The notes: generated from the letters alone by a model not told the origin. A stretch of DNA of 64,000 nt from an uncultured delta proteobacterium (GCA_963755905.1 CAVWLM010000006.1:869431-933430), one strand, 5' to 3'; shown: positions 27,374-37,071, counted from the stretch's first letter. Program-made: numbers and translations.

Positions 27374-28504
27374 ATGGCAAGCGACAGGCTCAGCAAAACC
27401 ATTCGACACGTACGGGCTCTTCGTGGATTGACGCAGGCCGAGCTCGCCGGACAGGTCGGCATTTCAAGGCAGGCTCTGGCTGCCATCGAGTCGGGAACCT
27501 ACCAGCCGAACGTCGCCGTGGCGGTCCGGCTGGCGCGCGTTGTCGGTATAACGGTGGAAGAGCTTTTTGGTGACACCGAAGAAGATTACGAGCATCGTAT
27601 CGACGCGTGCTGGAAGAAGTCTCCCGCCGTTACCGCCAATCGTCAGCGGGCAGTGCTCGCCCGGGTGGGTGGAAAGATCGTGGCGCTGGCCCAGCCGAGC
27701 GCCTGTTTGACGCTGCCGGTTTCGAGCGGCATCTGCGTAAAGACCGCGGGCGCCCGGGCATGCGTCTCAACACGCCTACTGGATAATGAAATCGACGCGA
27801 CACTCATTATTGCCGGGTGCGATCCGGCGGTTGCGATCCTGATAGCGTGGATGGCCCGGGCCGGCTCCCAGATAAACGCCGTTGCTTTTCCCTGTTCAAG
27901 CGGTAGGGCTCTGGCGGCGCTGGCCGACGGATCGATCCATGTGGCCGGCGCGCATTTGCGCGACCCGGAGAGCGGAGATTACAACCTCGCGCCGGTGCGC
28001 ACTGCTATTGGCAAAGGCCGTATATGCGTAGTCAATTTCGCGCGGTGGGAGGTGGGACTTGTCACCGCGGAAGGCAACCCGCGCGGAATTCGCGATTTCT
28101 GTGATTTGGCCCGGAGCGATGTGCGAATCATTAACCGAGAACAGGGTTCGGGAGCACGTCAGGCCTTGGACGAAGCACTTTCGGAAGCCGGCCTAAGGCC
28201 GAGCCTGATAGCGGGATACGAAGATGAGGTCGCGGGTCATCTCGAGGTTGCCGCGGCGGTGCAAAACGGAGAGGCGAACGCCGGCGTGACCATCCGGGTC
28301 GCGGCCGAAGCCTACGGCCTCGGCTTCATCCCGTTGCGGGAAGAGCGTTATGATCTGGCCATCCCTGAAGCCGAGCTTGAATCAGCGCCGGTGAGCCGAA
28401 TGTTGGACGCGCTCAGTTCGCGCCGCTTCGCCCGCGAGGTGGAGCAGCTTTGCGCCTACGACACGACGCGAATGGGCGAGGAGCTCGCCCGAATCGACTG
28501 TTAG
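27374..28504 (+). CDS. Transcriptional regulator, XRE-type HTH fused to ModA-like PBP_like domain (COG1910 type)
   Basis: N-terminus LRGLTQAELAGQVGISRQALAAIESG is an HTH_3. The C-terminal ~250 aa show the COG1910/PF12727 pattern (GSIHVAGAHLRDPESGDYN...INREQGSGARQALD...GYEDEVAGHLEVAAAV..G.A.AGV...AAEAYGLGFIPL..ERYDL). Confidence 0.75.
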   Translation: MASDRLSKTIRHVRALRGLTQAELAGQVGISRQALAAIESGTYQPNVAVAVRLARVVGITVEELFGDTEEDYEHRIDACWKKSPAVTANRQRAVLARVGGKIVALAQPSACLTLPVSSGICVKTAGARACVSTRLLDNEIDATLIIAGCDPAVAILIAWMARAGSQINAVAFPCSSGRALAALADGSIHVAGAHLRDPESGDYNLAPVRTAIGKGRICVVNFARWEVGLVTAEGNPRGIRDFCDLARSDVRIINREQGSGARQALDEALSEAGLRPSLIAGYEDEVAGHLEVAAAVQNGEANAGVTIRVAAEAYGLGFIPLREERYDLAIPEAELESAPVSRMLDALSSRRFAREVEQLCAYDTTRMGEELARIDC

Positions 28505-28533
28505 ACCAGGATTTGAGAAGGAGGGTTCAACCA

Positions 28534-30039
28534 ATGGCAGCGGCAGTTAAATCATTCGAGAGTGCCGCGGCAGGAGCGACTGCCGCATCTCGCGAGTTCC
28601 TCAAAGATTCACCCAAGAAGCTCCTGATCGATGGCAAATGGGTTGCCGCAAAATCAGGGAAAACTTTCGAAACGATCAATCCGGCAAATGAGGAAGTTCT
28701 TGGCTTGGTCGCGGAAGGCGACAAGGCCGATGTGGACGAAGCCGTAAAGGCGGCGCGTAACGCGTTCGAGACCGGCAAATGGCCGGCGCTGGGACCGCAT
28801 AAGCGCGCGCGGTACCTGTTCACCATCGCCGATCTGATTGAGAGCCACGCTGACGAACTTGCCGAGTTGATAACGCTCGACAACGGAAAGCCGATCGGGG
28901 AGTCGATCATAGAGGTCGGCAGGACCGCTGACACGTTCCGCTACTACGCGGGCTGGGCAACGAAATTCTACGGCGAGACCAATCCTTCGGATCCGGGAAT
29001 TTTCAACTACACGCTACGCGAGCCGATCGGCGTTTGCGGCCAGATTATTCCCTGGAATGGTCCGCTCGCCACCATCAGTTGGAAAATCGCTCCAGCCCTG
29101 GCCTTCGGCAACACTTTGGTCTTGAAGCCGGCCGAGCAGACTCCGTTTCCCGCGATTCGGTTGGGAGAGTTGATCTGCGAGGCGGGAGTGCCCGATGGAG
29201 TGGTCAACATCGTTACGGGCTTCGGTCCAACTGCCGGAGGCGCAATAGCGGCGCATCCCGATATCGATAAGGTCGCGTTTACCGGTTCGACTGAAGTCGG
29301 AAAACTTATCCTTCAGGCTTCGACCGGCAATCTCAAGCGGGTCTCGCTTGAACTGGGCGGCAAATCGCCGAACGTCATCTTCCCGGATGCGCCTATGGAA
29401 CAGGCGGTCGCGCTCTCGGCGACAGGGGTTTTTCGTAACCAGGGGCAGGTGTGTTGCGCAGCTACGCGCATGTTTGTGCAGGAACGAATCTATGACGAGT
29501 TCGCCGAGCGCATCTCCGCCAAGGCGAACGAGATAAACCTGGGCCAGCCGCTCAATCCGGCGACCACCATGGGTCCGCTGGTTTCCAGCGAGCAACACGA
29601 GCGCGTGCTGGGCTATCTGAAGCTGGCAAGCGATGAAGGCGCAACGGCGAAAGCCGGGGGCGAGCGAGGGCCGCAGGCAAAGGGCTATTTCGTAAAGCCG
29701 ACCATCTACACCGACGTCAAAAACGAAATGAGAATCGCGCGCGAGGAGATCTTCGGACCGGTCGCGGTGCTGATTCCGTTCAAGGACGAAAACGACGCGG
29801 TCCTGCAGGGCAACGATACCACTTACGGGCTGGGCGCCGGAGTGTGGACGCAGGACGTGGGCCGGGCGCACAAGGTCGCGCGCGCCCTGAAAGCGGGTTC
29901 GGTATGGGTGAATTGCTACGGAATCATCGATCCGATTTCACCCTTCGGCGGCTATAAGGAGTCGGGTTTCGGCCGCGAATTGGGCCGCCACTCGATCGAT
30001 CTCTACACCCAAATCAAATCCGTTTACGTGAAGCTCTGA
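28534..30039 (+). CDS. NAD(P)+-dependent aldehyde dehydrogenase, paralogue 1
   Basis: ATG 28534 is preceded by GAAGGAGGG. Motifs: FTGSTEVGK, catalytic Glu LELGGKSP, catalytic Cys NQGQVCCAATR, EEIFGPV. Confidence 0.93.
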   Translation: MAAAVKSFESAAAGATAASREFLKDSPKKLLIDGKWVAAKSGKTFETINPANEEVLGLVAEGDKADVDEAVKAARNAFETGKWPALGPHKRARYLFTIADLIESHADELAELITLDNGKPIGESIIEVGRTADTFRYYAGWATKFYGETNPSDPGIFNYTLREPIGVCGQIIPWNGPLATISWKIAPALAFGNTLVLKPAEQTPFPAIRLGELICEAGVPDGVVNIVTGFGPTAGGAIAAHPDIDKVAFTGSTEVGKLILQASTGNLKRVSLELGGKSPNVIFPDAPMEQAVALSATGVFRNQGQVCCAATRMFVQERIYDEFAERISAKANEINLGQPLNPATTMGPLVSSEQHERVLGYLKLASDEGATAKAGGERGPQAKGYFVKPTIYTDVKNEMRIAREEIFGPVAVLIPFKDENDAVLQGNDTTYGLGAGVWTQDVGRAHKVARALKAGSVWVNCYGIIDPISPFGGYKESGFGRELGRHSIDLYTQIKSVYVKL

Positions 30040-30114
30040 GCTTTGCAGGCTGCCGGCCCGATGCCGGCCGTTGGATTAATACAAAAAACGTTCGTCCTAT
30101 ATCGGAGGAGAAAA

Positions 30115-31617
30115 ATGGCAGCAGCAGTTCCATCAATAGAAAAGGCGGCCGCCGGCGTCAGCTCGAGCGCGGTACTGGGATTCCTCAGGAAGCCCAAGCT
30201 ATTGCTGATCGGCGGCAAATGGGTGCCCGCCAAATCGGGAAAGACCTTCGAAACCATCAATCCGGCCAACGAGGAGGTCCTGGCGCTGGCGGCGGAGGGC
30301 GACAAGGCCGACGTCGACGAGGCGGTAAAGGCCGCCCGCAACGCGTTCGAGAATAGCAAGTGGCCAAAAATCGGTCCGCATCAGCGGGCCCGTTACCTGC
30401 TCAAGATTGCCGATCTGATCGCGCAGAACGCGGACGAGCTGGCGACGTTGGAGACGCTCAACAACGGAATGGCTATTTCACTCGCCCGCGCGATGGTCGC
30501 CGGCGCGGTCGACGTGTTTCGCTACTACGCGGGATGGGCGACCAAGATCTACGGCGAAACCAATCCCTCCGACCCGTCGATGTTCAACTACACGCTGCGC
30601 GAAGCAGTGGGCGTCTGCGGCCAGATCATTCCATGGAACGGCCCTATCGCGATGTTCGCCTGGAAGATCGCCCCGGCGCTCGCGTGCGGCAACGTCTCGG
30701 TCCTTAAGCCCGCCGAACAGACTCCGCTCACCGCGTTGCGTCTGGGAGAGCTGGTGCTCGAGGCAGGGATTCCGGAAGGCGTGGTCAATATCATCACCGG
30801 ATTCGGTGAGACGGCCGGCGCCGCAATCGCCAACCACCCGGATATCGACAAGGTGGCGTTCACCGGCTCGACTGAAGTTGGAAAGTTGATCCTGCAGGCC
30901 TCGGCGGGAAACCTGAAGCGCGTTTCGCTGGAACTGGGCGGCAAGTCACCCAACGTAATCTTCGCGGACGCCGATCTCGAGTCCGCGGTTGCCACCTCGA
31001 TGTTTGGCTTCACGATGTTGTCCGGGCAGGTATGCTGCGCGGGAACCAGAGTCTTCGTTCAGCGCGATTTCCAGGATCGCTTCGTCGATGCTCTGACCCG
31101 TTACACCTCCAAGGTCAAGGCGGGAGATCCGCTCGATCCGAAAACCACCGTCGGCCCGCTGGTGTCCAAGGAACAGTTCGACCGGGTGAAAGGCTATCTC
31201 GAACTGGGCAAGCAGGAAGGCGCGACCACGTCGGTTGGCGGCGAGGTCGGAAAGGGCAAAGGGTTCTACGTCGATCCGACTATCTTCACCGGAGTGAATA
31301 ACGACATGCGGATCGCGCGCGAGGAGATCTTCGGCCCCGTGGCCTCGGTGATCCCGTTCAAGGATGAAAACGACGCTATCCTGCAGGGTAACGACACGAC
31401 CTACGGCCTTGCCGCCGCGGTCTGGACCAACGACGTGGGCCGCGCCCACAAGGTTGCGCGCGCATTGAAGGCGGGAACCGTGTGGGTCAATTGCTACAAC
31501 AACATCGATCCGATCTCACCCTTTGGCGGCTATAAGCAGTCGGGCATCGGGCGGGAGCTTGGGAAGTACGCGATCGATCTCTACACGCAGATTAAGTCGG
31601 TCTACATAAAGCTCTAA
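30115..31617 (+). CDS. NAD(P)+-dependent aldehyde dehydrogenase, paralogue 2
   Basis: ATG 30115 is preceded by GGAGGAG. Same motifs as paralogue 1 (LELGGKSP, SGQVCCAGTR, EEIFGPV), and the protein is colinear with paralogues 1 and 3 over its full length. Confidence 0.93.
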   Translation: MAAAVPSIEKAAAGVSSSAVLGFLRKPKLLLIGGKWVPAKSGKTFETINPANEEVLALAAEGDKADVDEAVKAARNAFENSKWPKIGPHQRARYLLKIADLIAQNADELATLETLNNGMAISLARAMVAGAVDVFRYYAGWATKIYGETNPSDPSMFNYTLREAVGVCGQIIPWNGPIAMFAWKIAPALACGNVSVLKPAEQTPLTALRLGELVLEAGIPEGVVNIITGFGETAGAAIANHPDIDKVAFTGSTEVGKLILQASAGNLKRVSLELGGKSPNVIFADADLESAVATSMFGFTMLSGQVCCAGTRVFVQRDFQDRFVDALTRYTSKVKAGDPLDPKTTVGPLVSKEQFDRVKGYLELGKQEGATTSVGGEVGKGKGFYVDPTIFTGVNNDMRIAREEIFGPVASVIPFKDENDAILQGNDTTYGLAAAVWTNDVGRAHKVARALKAGTVWVNCYNNIDPISPFGGYKQSGIGRELGKYAIDLYTQIKSVYIKL

Positions 31618-31720
31618 ACAGAGCTCTAACTTCAACACGCGAAGGCGGCTGTTTCGATTGTCGGCACAGCCGCCTTCGTTCGCAACGATCCTCTCGAACT
31701 CGAATAGCGGAGATTCTGAC

Positions 31721-33229
31721 ATGGCAGCCACAGTTCCCTCGATCGAAAAAGCCACGCAAGGCATAAAAGAAGCCGCGGTATTGGAATTCCTGAAGCGCTC
31801 GCCGACCAAGCTGTTGATCGGCGGCAAATGGGTGCCCGCCAAATCGGGCAAGACCTTCGAAACCATCAACCCCGCTAATGAGGAAGTGCTCGCGCTGGTG
31901 GCCGAGGGAGACAAGGCGGACGTCGACGAGGCGGTCAAGGCCGCGCGCAAGGCGTTCGAAGAAGGCAAGTGGCGGACCATCAGCCCGCATCAGCGGGCGC
32001 GCAATCTGCTCAAGGTGGCCGACCTTATCGACAAATACGCGGAGGAGTTGGCTGAACTCGAAAGCCTGGATAACGGCAAACCGGTTTCGCAGGCGCGCGT
32101 CATCGACGTTGGCGGCTCGGCCGGCATCTTTCGCTATTTCGCGGGATGGCCGACCAAAATCTATGGCGAGACCAATCCTTCGGATCCGTCGATGTTCAAC
32201 TATACGCTGCGCGAACCGGTGGGCGTTTGCGGACTGATCATCCCGTGGAATTTCCCATTGATGATGGCCGTGACTAAGCTCGCGCCCGCTCTCGCGTGCG
32301 GAAATACGATGATCCTGAAGCCTGCCGAGCAAACTTCGCTTACCGCGGTCAGGCTGGGCGAACTAATCCAGGAAGCGGGAATTCCGGACGGCGTGGTCAA
32401 CATCATTACCGGCTTCGGTCCTGGCGCAGGAAGTTCCATCGCCGAGCATCCAGATATCGACAAAGTGAGCTTCACCGGCTCGACCGAGGTCGGCAAGCTG
32501 ATTCTCCAGGCTTCGACGGGTAATCTGAAACGGGTCTCGCTCGAACTCGGCGGCAAATCCCCGAATATCATCTTTCCCGACGCGGATATGGGACTCGCGG
32601 TGCGCAATGCGATGAACGGGGTGTTCTACAATTCCGGGCAGGTGTGCGCAGCCGGCACGCGAATCTTCGTGCAGCAAGACATTTACGACAATTTCGTCGG
32701 CGAACTTACCAAGGCGAGCGCGAGCCTCACGCTCGGCGATCCGCTCGATCTCAAGACCAAGCTGGGGCCGGTGGTTTCGCGCGAACAGTTCGACCGGGTG
32801 AAGGGCTATCTCGAAGTTGGCAAACAGGAAGGCGCGCGAGTGGCGATCGGAGGCGAAGCGAGCGGCGGGAAAGGGTACTACGTCAAGCCGACGGTCTTCG
32901 CCGACGTGAACAACGACATGCGGATCGCGCGCGAGGAGATCTTCGGCCCGGTTGCCGCGGCGATTCCGTTCAAGGACGAAAACGACGCCGTGTTTCAGAG
33001 CAACGACACGACCTACGGGCTCGCAGCCGCGGTCTGGACGCGCGACATCAGCCGGGCGCACAAGGTCGCCAGGTCGCTCAAGGCGGGCACTGTATGGGTC
33101 AACTGCTACGGTATCGTGGACACCGTGATGCCTTTCGGCGGCTATAAGCAATCGGGCTTCGGCCGCGAAGGAAGTCAACACGTGCTGGATTTGTTCACGC
33201 AGATCAAATCCGTCTACATAAAGCTGTAG
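31721..33229 (+). CDS. NAD(P)+-dependent aldehyde dehydrogenase, paralogue 3
   Basis: ATG 31721 (MAATVPSIEKA...). Motifs: LELGGKSP, SGQVCAAGTR, EEIFGPV. Confidence 0.93.
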   Translation: MAATVPSIEKATQGIKEAAVLEFLKRSPTKLLIGGKWVPAKSGKTFETINPANEEVLALVAEGDKADVDEAVKAARKAFEEGKWRTISPHQRARNLLKVADLIDKYAEELAELESLDNGKPVSQARVIDVGGSAGIFRYFAGWPTKIYGETNPSDPSMFNYTLREPVGVCGLIIPWNFPLMMAVTKLAPALACGNTMILKPAEQTSLTAVRLGELIQEAGIPDGVVNIITGFGPGAGSSIAEHPDIDKVSFTGSTEVGKLILQASTGNLKRVSLELGGKSPNIIFPDADMGLAVRNAMNGVFYNSGQVCAAGTRIFVQQDIYDNFVGELTKASASLTLGDPLDLKTKLGPVVSREQFDRVKGYLEVGKQEGARVAIGGEASGGKGYYVKPTVFADVNNDMRIAREEIFGPVAAAIPFKDENDAVFQSNDTTYGLAAAVWTRDISRAHKVARSLKAGTVWVNCYGIVDTVMPFGGYKQSGFGREGSQHVLDLFTQIKSVYIKL

Positions 33230-33265
33230 CCGTTCGGGTGGAATCCAGTTCCCCGTATGTCACAA

Positions 33266-33306
33266 TGAGGTTGGGCGCTAGCCATTGTGGGTGGCGCCCA
33301 ACCTCA
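33266..33306 (+). terminator. Hairpin (13-bp stem, 15-nt loop) downstream of the third ALDH
   Basis: TGAGGTTGGGCGC (33266-33278) pairs perfectly with GCGCCCAACCTCA (33294-33306), followed by GTCCTTTATCG. There is no strong U-tract. Confidence 0.45.
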
Positions 33307-33353
33307 GTCCTTTATCGATTAGGTGTATGCCTGACAAATTGGGTGCATGAGCG

Positions 33354-34382
33354 ATGCAGTACACGAAACTTGGAAACACCGGCGTCACCGTCTCGAGAAT
33401 TTGCCTCGGTTGCATGAGCTATGGCGGCGGGGAACTGCCGTCGTGGACCTTGCGCCGCGACTGGGCGCTCGGCGCCGAAGAAGCGCGCGAGCACTTCGCG
33501 ATCGCTCTGGAAGCGGGCGTCAATTTTTTCGATACGGCGGATGTCTACTCGGTCGGCGGAAGCGAAGAGATAACCGGGCGCTGGCTCAACGAGATGGCGT
33601 CGCGCGACGACATCGTGCTTGCGACCAAGGTCTTCGGCCCGATGGGTCCCGGGCCAAATCGCCGCGGACTCAGCCGCAAGCACATCCTCGAAGCCTGCGA
33701 CAATTCATTGCGCCGGTTGAAGACTGACTATATCGACCTGTACCAGATCCATCGATGGGATTATTCGACCCCGATCGAAGAGACGCTGGACGCCCTCGAT
33801 TCGCTCGTGCGCGCCGGCAAAGTCCGTTATCTCGGCGCGAGCAGTATGGCGGCCTGGCAATTTTCAAAGGCGCTCTACCTGGCGAAGGAACACGGTTGGC
33901 ACCGCTTCGTGGCGATGCAGAATCACTACAACCTGATCTATCGCGAGGAGGAACGCGAGATGAATCCGCTGTGCGTGGATCAGGGCGTCGGGCTGATTCC
34001 CTGGAGTCCGCTGGCACGCGGGTTTCTCGAGGGCGGCCGCAAGCGCGAACGCGGCGAAGGGCCGACCAAGCGCGCCCAGACCGACCAGATGCAGAAGGAC
34101 ATGTACTTCCGTGACGATGATTTCGAGGTCGCGGCAGTGGCTCAGAAAATCGCCAAGGAACGCGGCGTGACGGCCACCCAGATCGCATGCGCCTGGATTT
34201 TACAGGCGCCGGGCGTGACCGCGCCGATTATCGGCGCCACCAAGACAAATCATCTGAAACAGGCTTTCGAAGCGGTCGACATCAAACTCAGTGCCGAAGA
34301 AGTCCAGGCCCTGGAAAAGCCCTATCGGCCGCATCCCATTCTCGGCCACGAACAGGCCTCGGCGGCAAAGTTGCTGAAGTAG
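33354..34382 (+). CDS. Aldo/keto reductase (Tas/YajO-like)
   Basis: MQYTKLGNTGVTVSRICLGCMSYG...GVNFFDTADVYS...LYQIHRWD is a typical AKR11/12-type sequence. Confidence 0.9.
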   Translation: MQYTKLGNTGVTVSRICLGCMSYGGGELPSWTLRRDWALGAEEAREHFAIALEAGVNFFDTADVYSVGGSEEITGRWLNEMASRDDIVLATKVFGPMGPGPNRRGLSRKHILEACDNSLRRLKTDYIDLYQIHRWDYSTPIEETLDALDSLVRAGKVRYLGASSMAAWQFSKALYLAKEHGWHRFVAMQNHYNLIYREEEREMNPLCVDQGVGLIPWSPLARGFLEGGRKRERGEGPTKRAQTDQMQKDMYFRDDDFEVAAVAQKIAKERGVTATQIACAWILQAPGVTAPIIGATKTNHLKQAFEAVDIKLSAEEVQALEKPYRPHPILGHEQASAAKLLK

Positions 34383-34475
34383 CGGATTTCGCGAACGGCC
34401 GATCGGAATTCTTGCTCAAGGCAATAGCTAGGACGACAACTCTCGTTAGGCGAGGTCCAGCTACCTGAGCCTTCG

Positions 34476-34985
34476 CTACCTGGCCTCTTCCACCACGAGG
34501 GTGGTTACCTGGCGCACCCAGCGCGCGTGGCGCTTCTCGCCGGGGACGATCAGGCGAAAAGGCCCTTCCGGCGCGGCCATAGCGTGTCCGTCCCGTCGGT
34601 CCGCGAGGATGATAACCCGGTCCGTAAAGTCAGGATCGAATTCGGGCAGCGCGAACACGACCCGATAACCGTCAGCCGCATCGGCGATGACGTAGAGCCG
34701 CATCTGCGGTCCCCGAAGCCGCTTGCCGAGCGGTGCTCCCGCTCGTCGCAGAAGTTCGACCACAGGAACGCCGTCGTAGGCGACCGGGCTTCCCTTTTCG
34801 TCGGTGACTGCCACATGCTTGCGCGGCAGCGCCTGGAGGTCGGCCTCGCTCAGGACCAGAGTCCGCTCGACCTTTCCAGCGACGCGTAAAGATGCGCTCG
34901 CGGCCGGCGCGGGCTGGCCCTGGGCCGGCGGCGAAGCGATGAATGCTATCGCGAGGAAAATAAACGCGAGCGAGTGCCAGTTCAT
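34476..34985 (-). CDS. Small secreted molybdopterin-binding (Oxidored_molyb) domain protein
   Basis: Signal peptide MNWHSLAFIFLAIAFIASPPAQG. Then LRVAGKVERTLVLSEADLQALP...YDGVPVVELL...ADGYRVVFALPE...GPFRLIVPGEKRHARWVRQV, which matches the single-domain YedY/sulfite-oxidase-like fold. Start taken at ATG 34985. Confidence 0.65.
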   Translation of the reverse strand: MNWHSLAFIFLAIAFIASPPAQGQPAPAASASLRVAGKVERTLVLSEADLQALPRKHVAVTDEKGSPVAYDGVPVVELLRRAGAPLGKRLRGPQMRLYVIADAADGYRVVFALPEFDPDFTDRVIILADRRDGHAMAAPEGPFRLIVPGEKRHARWVRQVTTLVVEEAR

Positions 34986-35028
34986 AACCGCCGCGCGTCG
35001 CCGCCAGGAACAGTAGCCAAACACTCGT

Positions 35029-35235
35029 TCAATCCTTCTGAATCATGACCTCAGTCGCTTTTATCACCGCGGTCACTTTGTCGCCTTTTTTCAGGCCTAG
35101 TTCTTCGGCGCTGCGTTTCGTGATTACAGACTCGACAAGATTGTCGCCGACCTTGACCGTAATCAGCGCGGTCACTGTTCCGAGCAGTACTTCGACGATC
35201 TCGCCTTTGAGATGGTTGCGAGCGCTAAGGGCCAT
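35029..35235 (-). CDS. mop: Molbindin (Mop/TOBE single-domain molybdate-binding protein)
   Basis: 68 aa. SARNHLKGEIVEV..G.V.A.I.VKVGDN.V.SVITKRSAEELGLKKGDKVTAVIKATEVMI is the classic Mop/TOBE sequence. GGAAGGAG RBS. Confidence 0.8.
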   Translation of the reverse strand: MALSARNHLKGEIVEVLLGTVTALITVKVGDNLVESVITKRSAEELGLKKGDKVTAVIKATEVMIQKD

Positions 35236-35568
35236 GGCGGATCTCCTTCCTTCGAGGGCAGAGTTTCACTCACCGCCCATCGTTACACAGTCGCTCCAAG
35301 ACATCCTGCGAGGGATGATCATAGCGAAATCCATCGGGGTTCATAAGCCCACGGTGGGGGCAGGGTTAACTCCAAGCCGTCATTTTTCGATTAGCATAGG
35401 GTGGCCTTTTTGCTATTGGGGTCCATAGGGAGCAGATGGCAGAGAGCCTATCGTCTCACCTGGGCAACATATGTGCACGGCGTGATCGAATACGAGCGAA
35501 CCCGCTGAGCGGCAATTCGTGGCAACGCCGCGAAGCGTGCGCAATCGAAGGCGAGGGGAGAATCAAAC

Positions 35569-36504
35569 GTGATCACGAATAACGACACTCCGAAGTACGC
35601 CCTCGTCGCGCTGATGCAGAACGTGTTGGCCGGCGCGTTTTCATCACCGGCGCCCCTAGCGAGCATCAAGTCGACCGACGGCAGCAATCTTTCGCAGGAG
35701 ATACGCAGCGGGGTGGCGATTCCGCGGCATCTGATTCTGGATTGCACGCCGATGCTCGATCTCCTTTCGCTGACCCAAATCGGCAAGCTGGCCGTCCCCC
35801 CAAGCGAAGAGTTGTTCCCGGCGATTCTAAAGTTCCTCAAGGATCCGGCGGGCGAGGTCACGCGAATTTTCAGCGGCAACGATCCGGCCGATATCTCGGG
35901 CCGGCTGCTGCAATTTTTCAACGGCCGCAATGAGCTCAAGGACCTGTCGGGGATGCTTGGATCGTTCCTGGAGGGACAATTCGGAATCGCGTTGTCGTTG
36001 GTGACGACGCTCAAGAATCTCGCCGATCCGTCTCTGCCGCGCCTGGTGACCGACAGCGTGATGCAATACTTTTTCGGCCCCAATGGCTTCAGCACGGTAG
36101 ACGAGATCAGTATCGCACCGCCGATGAATCTCAGCGGAATTCCGAAGAACCTGGGAGATCTGAAGGGGTTTCTGTCCGAAAAGAACGCGGAACGCTACGT
36201 GCGCGATGTAATCAGCGTGGTCGTGGAAGCCACCGGTGACTTTCAATACAAGCTGCGCGACCGTTACGGCCGGATGATTGCGCAACTCAGCGCGGCGCAT
36301 CAGGAGACGGCCAAGCGATGGTTCAAGGGCTTCGCGGCGATGGCGGAAGCGGGGCTGTCCAGCGCGGTCGAGGAAACGTTGCTCGGCATCGGTACTTTCC
36401 AGGGCAACAAACTGGTGGCGGCTTCGGCCGGCGCCTACGCCGGGACGACGGCGCGCAAAATGACGCAACACGTTTTCCTGAGCGAGATGGCGGTGGGGTT
36501 GTAA
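35569..36504 (+). CDS. Hypothetical protein (no family recognised)
   Basis: 311 aa with a GTG start after GGGGAG. Strong GC3 bias in this frame and balanced amino-acid composition. The overlapping minus-strand ORFs (35448-36095, 35827-36471) are R/A-rich shadows. Confidence 0.5.
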   Translation: MITNNDTPKYALVALMQNVLAGAFSSPAPLASIKSTDGSNLSQEIRSGVAIPRHLILDCTPMLDLLSLTQIGKLAVPPSEELFPAILKFLKDPAGEVTRIFSGNDPADISGRLLQFFNGRNELKDLSGMLGSFLEGQFGIALSLVTTLKNLADPSLPRLVTDSVMQYFFGPNGFSTVDEISIAPPMNLSGIPKNLGDLKGFLSEKNAERYVRDVISVVVEATGDFQYKLRDRYGRMIAQLSAAHQETAKRWFKGFAAMAEAGLSSAVEETLLGIGTFQGNKLVAASAGAYAGTTARKMTQHVFLSEMAVGL

Positions 36505-36633
36505 GGCGATGCAGCGGATGATTTGCCGGCCGGCGCGGATACTTGACGTTTTTTCGTTCGGCGCGAAGGATGGCGCCGGACTGGCCGCTGGAGACTCCAG
36601 CGGCTTTTCGATCAGCGCAACAACGGAGGAACG

Positions 36634-37071
36634 GTGATGTCATTTTTGGCTGATCGCGCGCTTCAGGATCGCTTCGTCGCCGCGCTCAACGCGCATCCGG
36701 GCTTCAACGAACAGGCGCAATGGTTCGATGGATCGGTATTGCTTGAAGTCGGGACCGATTTGCTTTGGCTGAAGATCTATAAGGGCAAGGTAATCGACCA
36801 TCAGCCGGCGGTCTCCCCTTTCGGCTACACCTTCAAATTCTCGGGCAGTGAGGCTTCCTGGAAATTGCTCGTCGGCGGGCAAAGGCTGTGGGCGGATCTC
36901 ACTTTCCCCGGCAAGCGCTACTTCGACGACGACCCTACGCTTTCGACCGCGGGCACGCCTCACGTCGAAATCAGCACCGAAGGGAACCTGCTCGAAGCGG
37001 GGCGCCTGTCAGAAGCGATGTTCCAAATGGCCTACGTCCTGCGCGACTGCGTGCGCGGAAGCTCGCGCTGA
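36634..37071 (+). CDS. Hypothetical protein, tentatively SCP2 sterol-carrier-like fold
   Basis: 145 aa. The pattern FDGSVLLEVGTDLLWLKIYKGKV...FKFSGSEASWKLLVGG...ISTEGNLLEAGRL resembles SCP2 domains. It lies 14 nt upstream of the hydrolase gene. Confidence 0.45.
   Translation: MMSFLADRALQDRFVAALNAHPGFNEQAQWFDGSVLLEVGTDLLWLKIYKGKVIDHQPAVSPFGYTFKFSGSEASWKLLVGGQRLWADLTFPGKRYFDDDPTLSTAGTPHVEISTEGNLLEAGRLSEAMFQMAYVLRDCVRGSSR

Noticed and set aside
29014-33181. Minus-strand ORFs of 285, 167 and 272 aa (29014-29871, 30946-31449, 32363-33181)
   Set aside because: Each is antisense to one of the three ALDH genes. They recur at equivalent positions because the ALDH genes are paralogous, not because they encode anything.
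35236-35460. Possible Moco (molybdenum cofactor) riboswitch in the leader of the mop gene
   Set aside because: The context is suggestive: a 5' leader of more than 200 nt upstream of a molbindin. However, I could not match the reverse-complemented sequence to the conserved Moco motif from memory, and no convincing multi-stem structure emerged. An Infernal scan with RF01055 is needed before any claim.
35448-36471. Two minus-strand ORFs (215 and 214 aa) competing with the plus-strand 311-aa ORF
   Set aside because: Both are R/S/A-rich with poor composition. The plus-strand frame has the strong third-position GC bias and balanced residues expected of a real gene.
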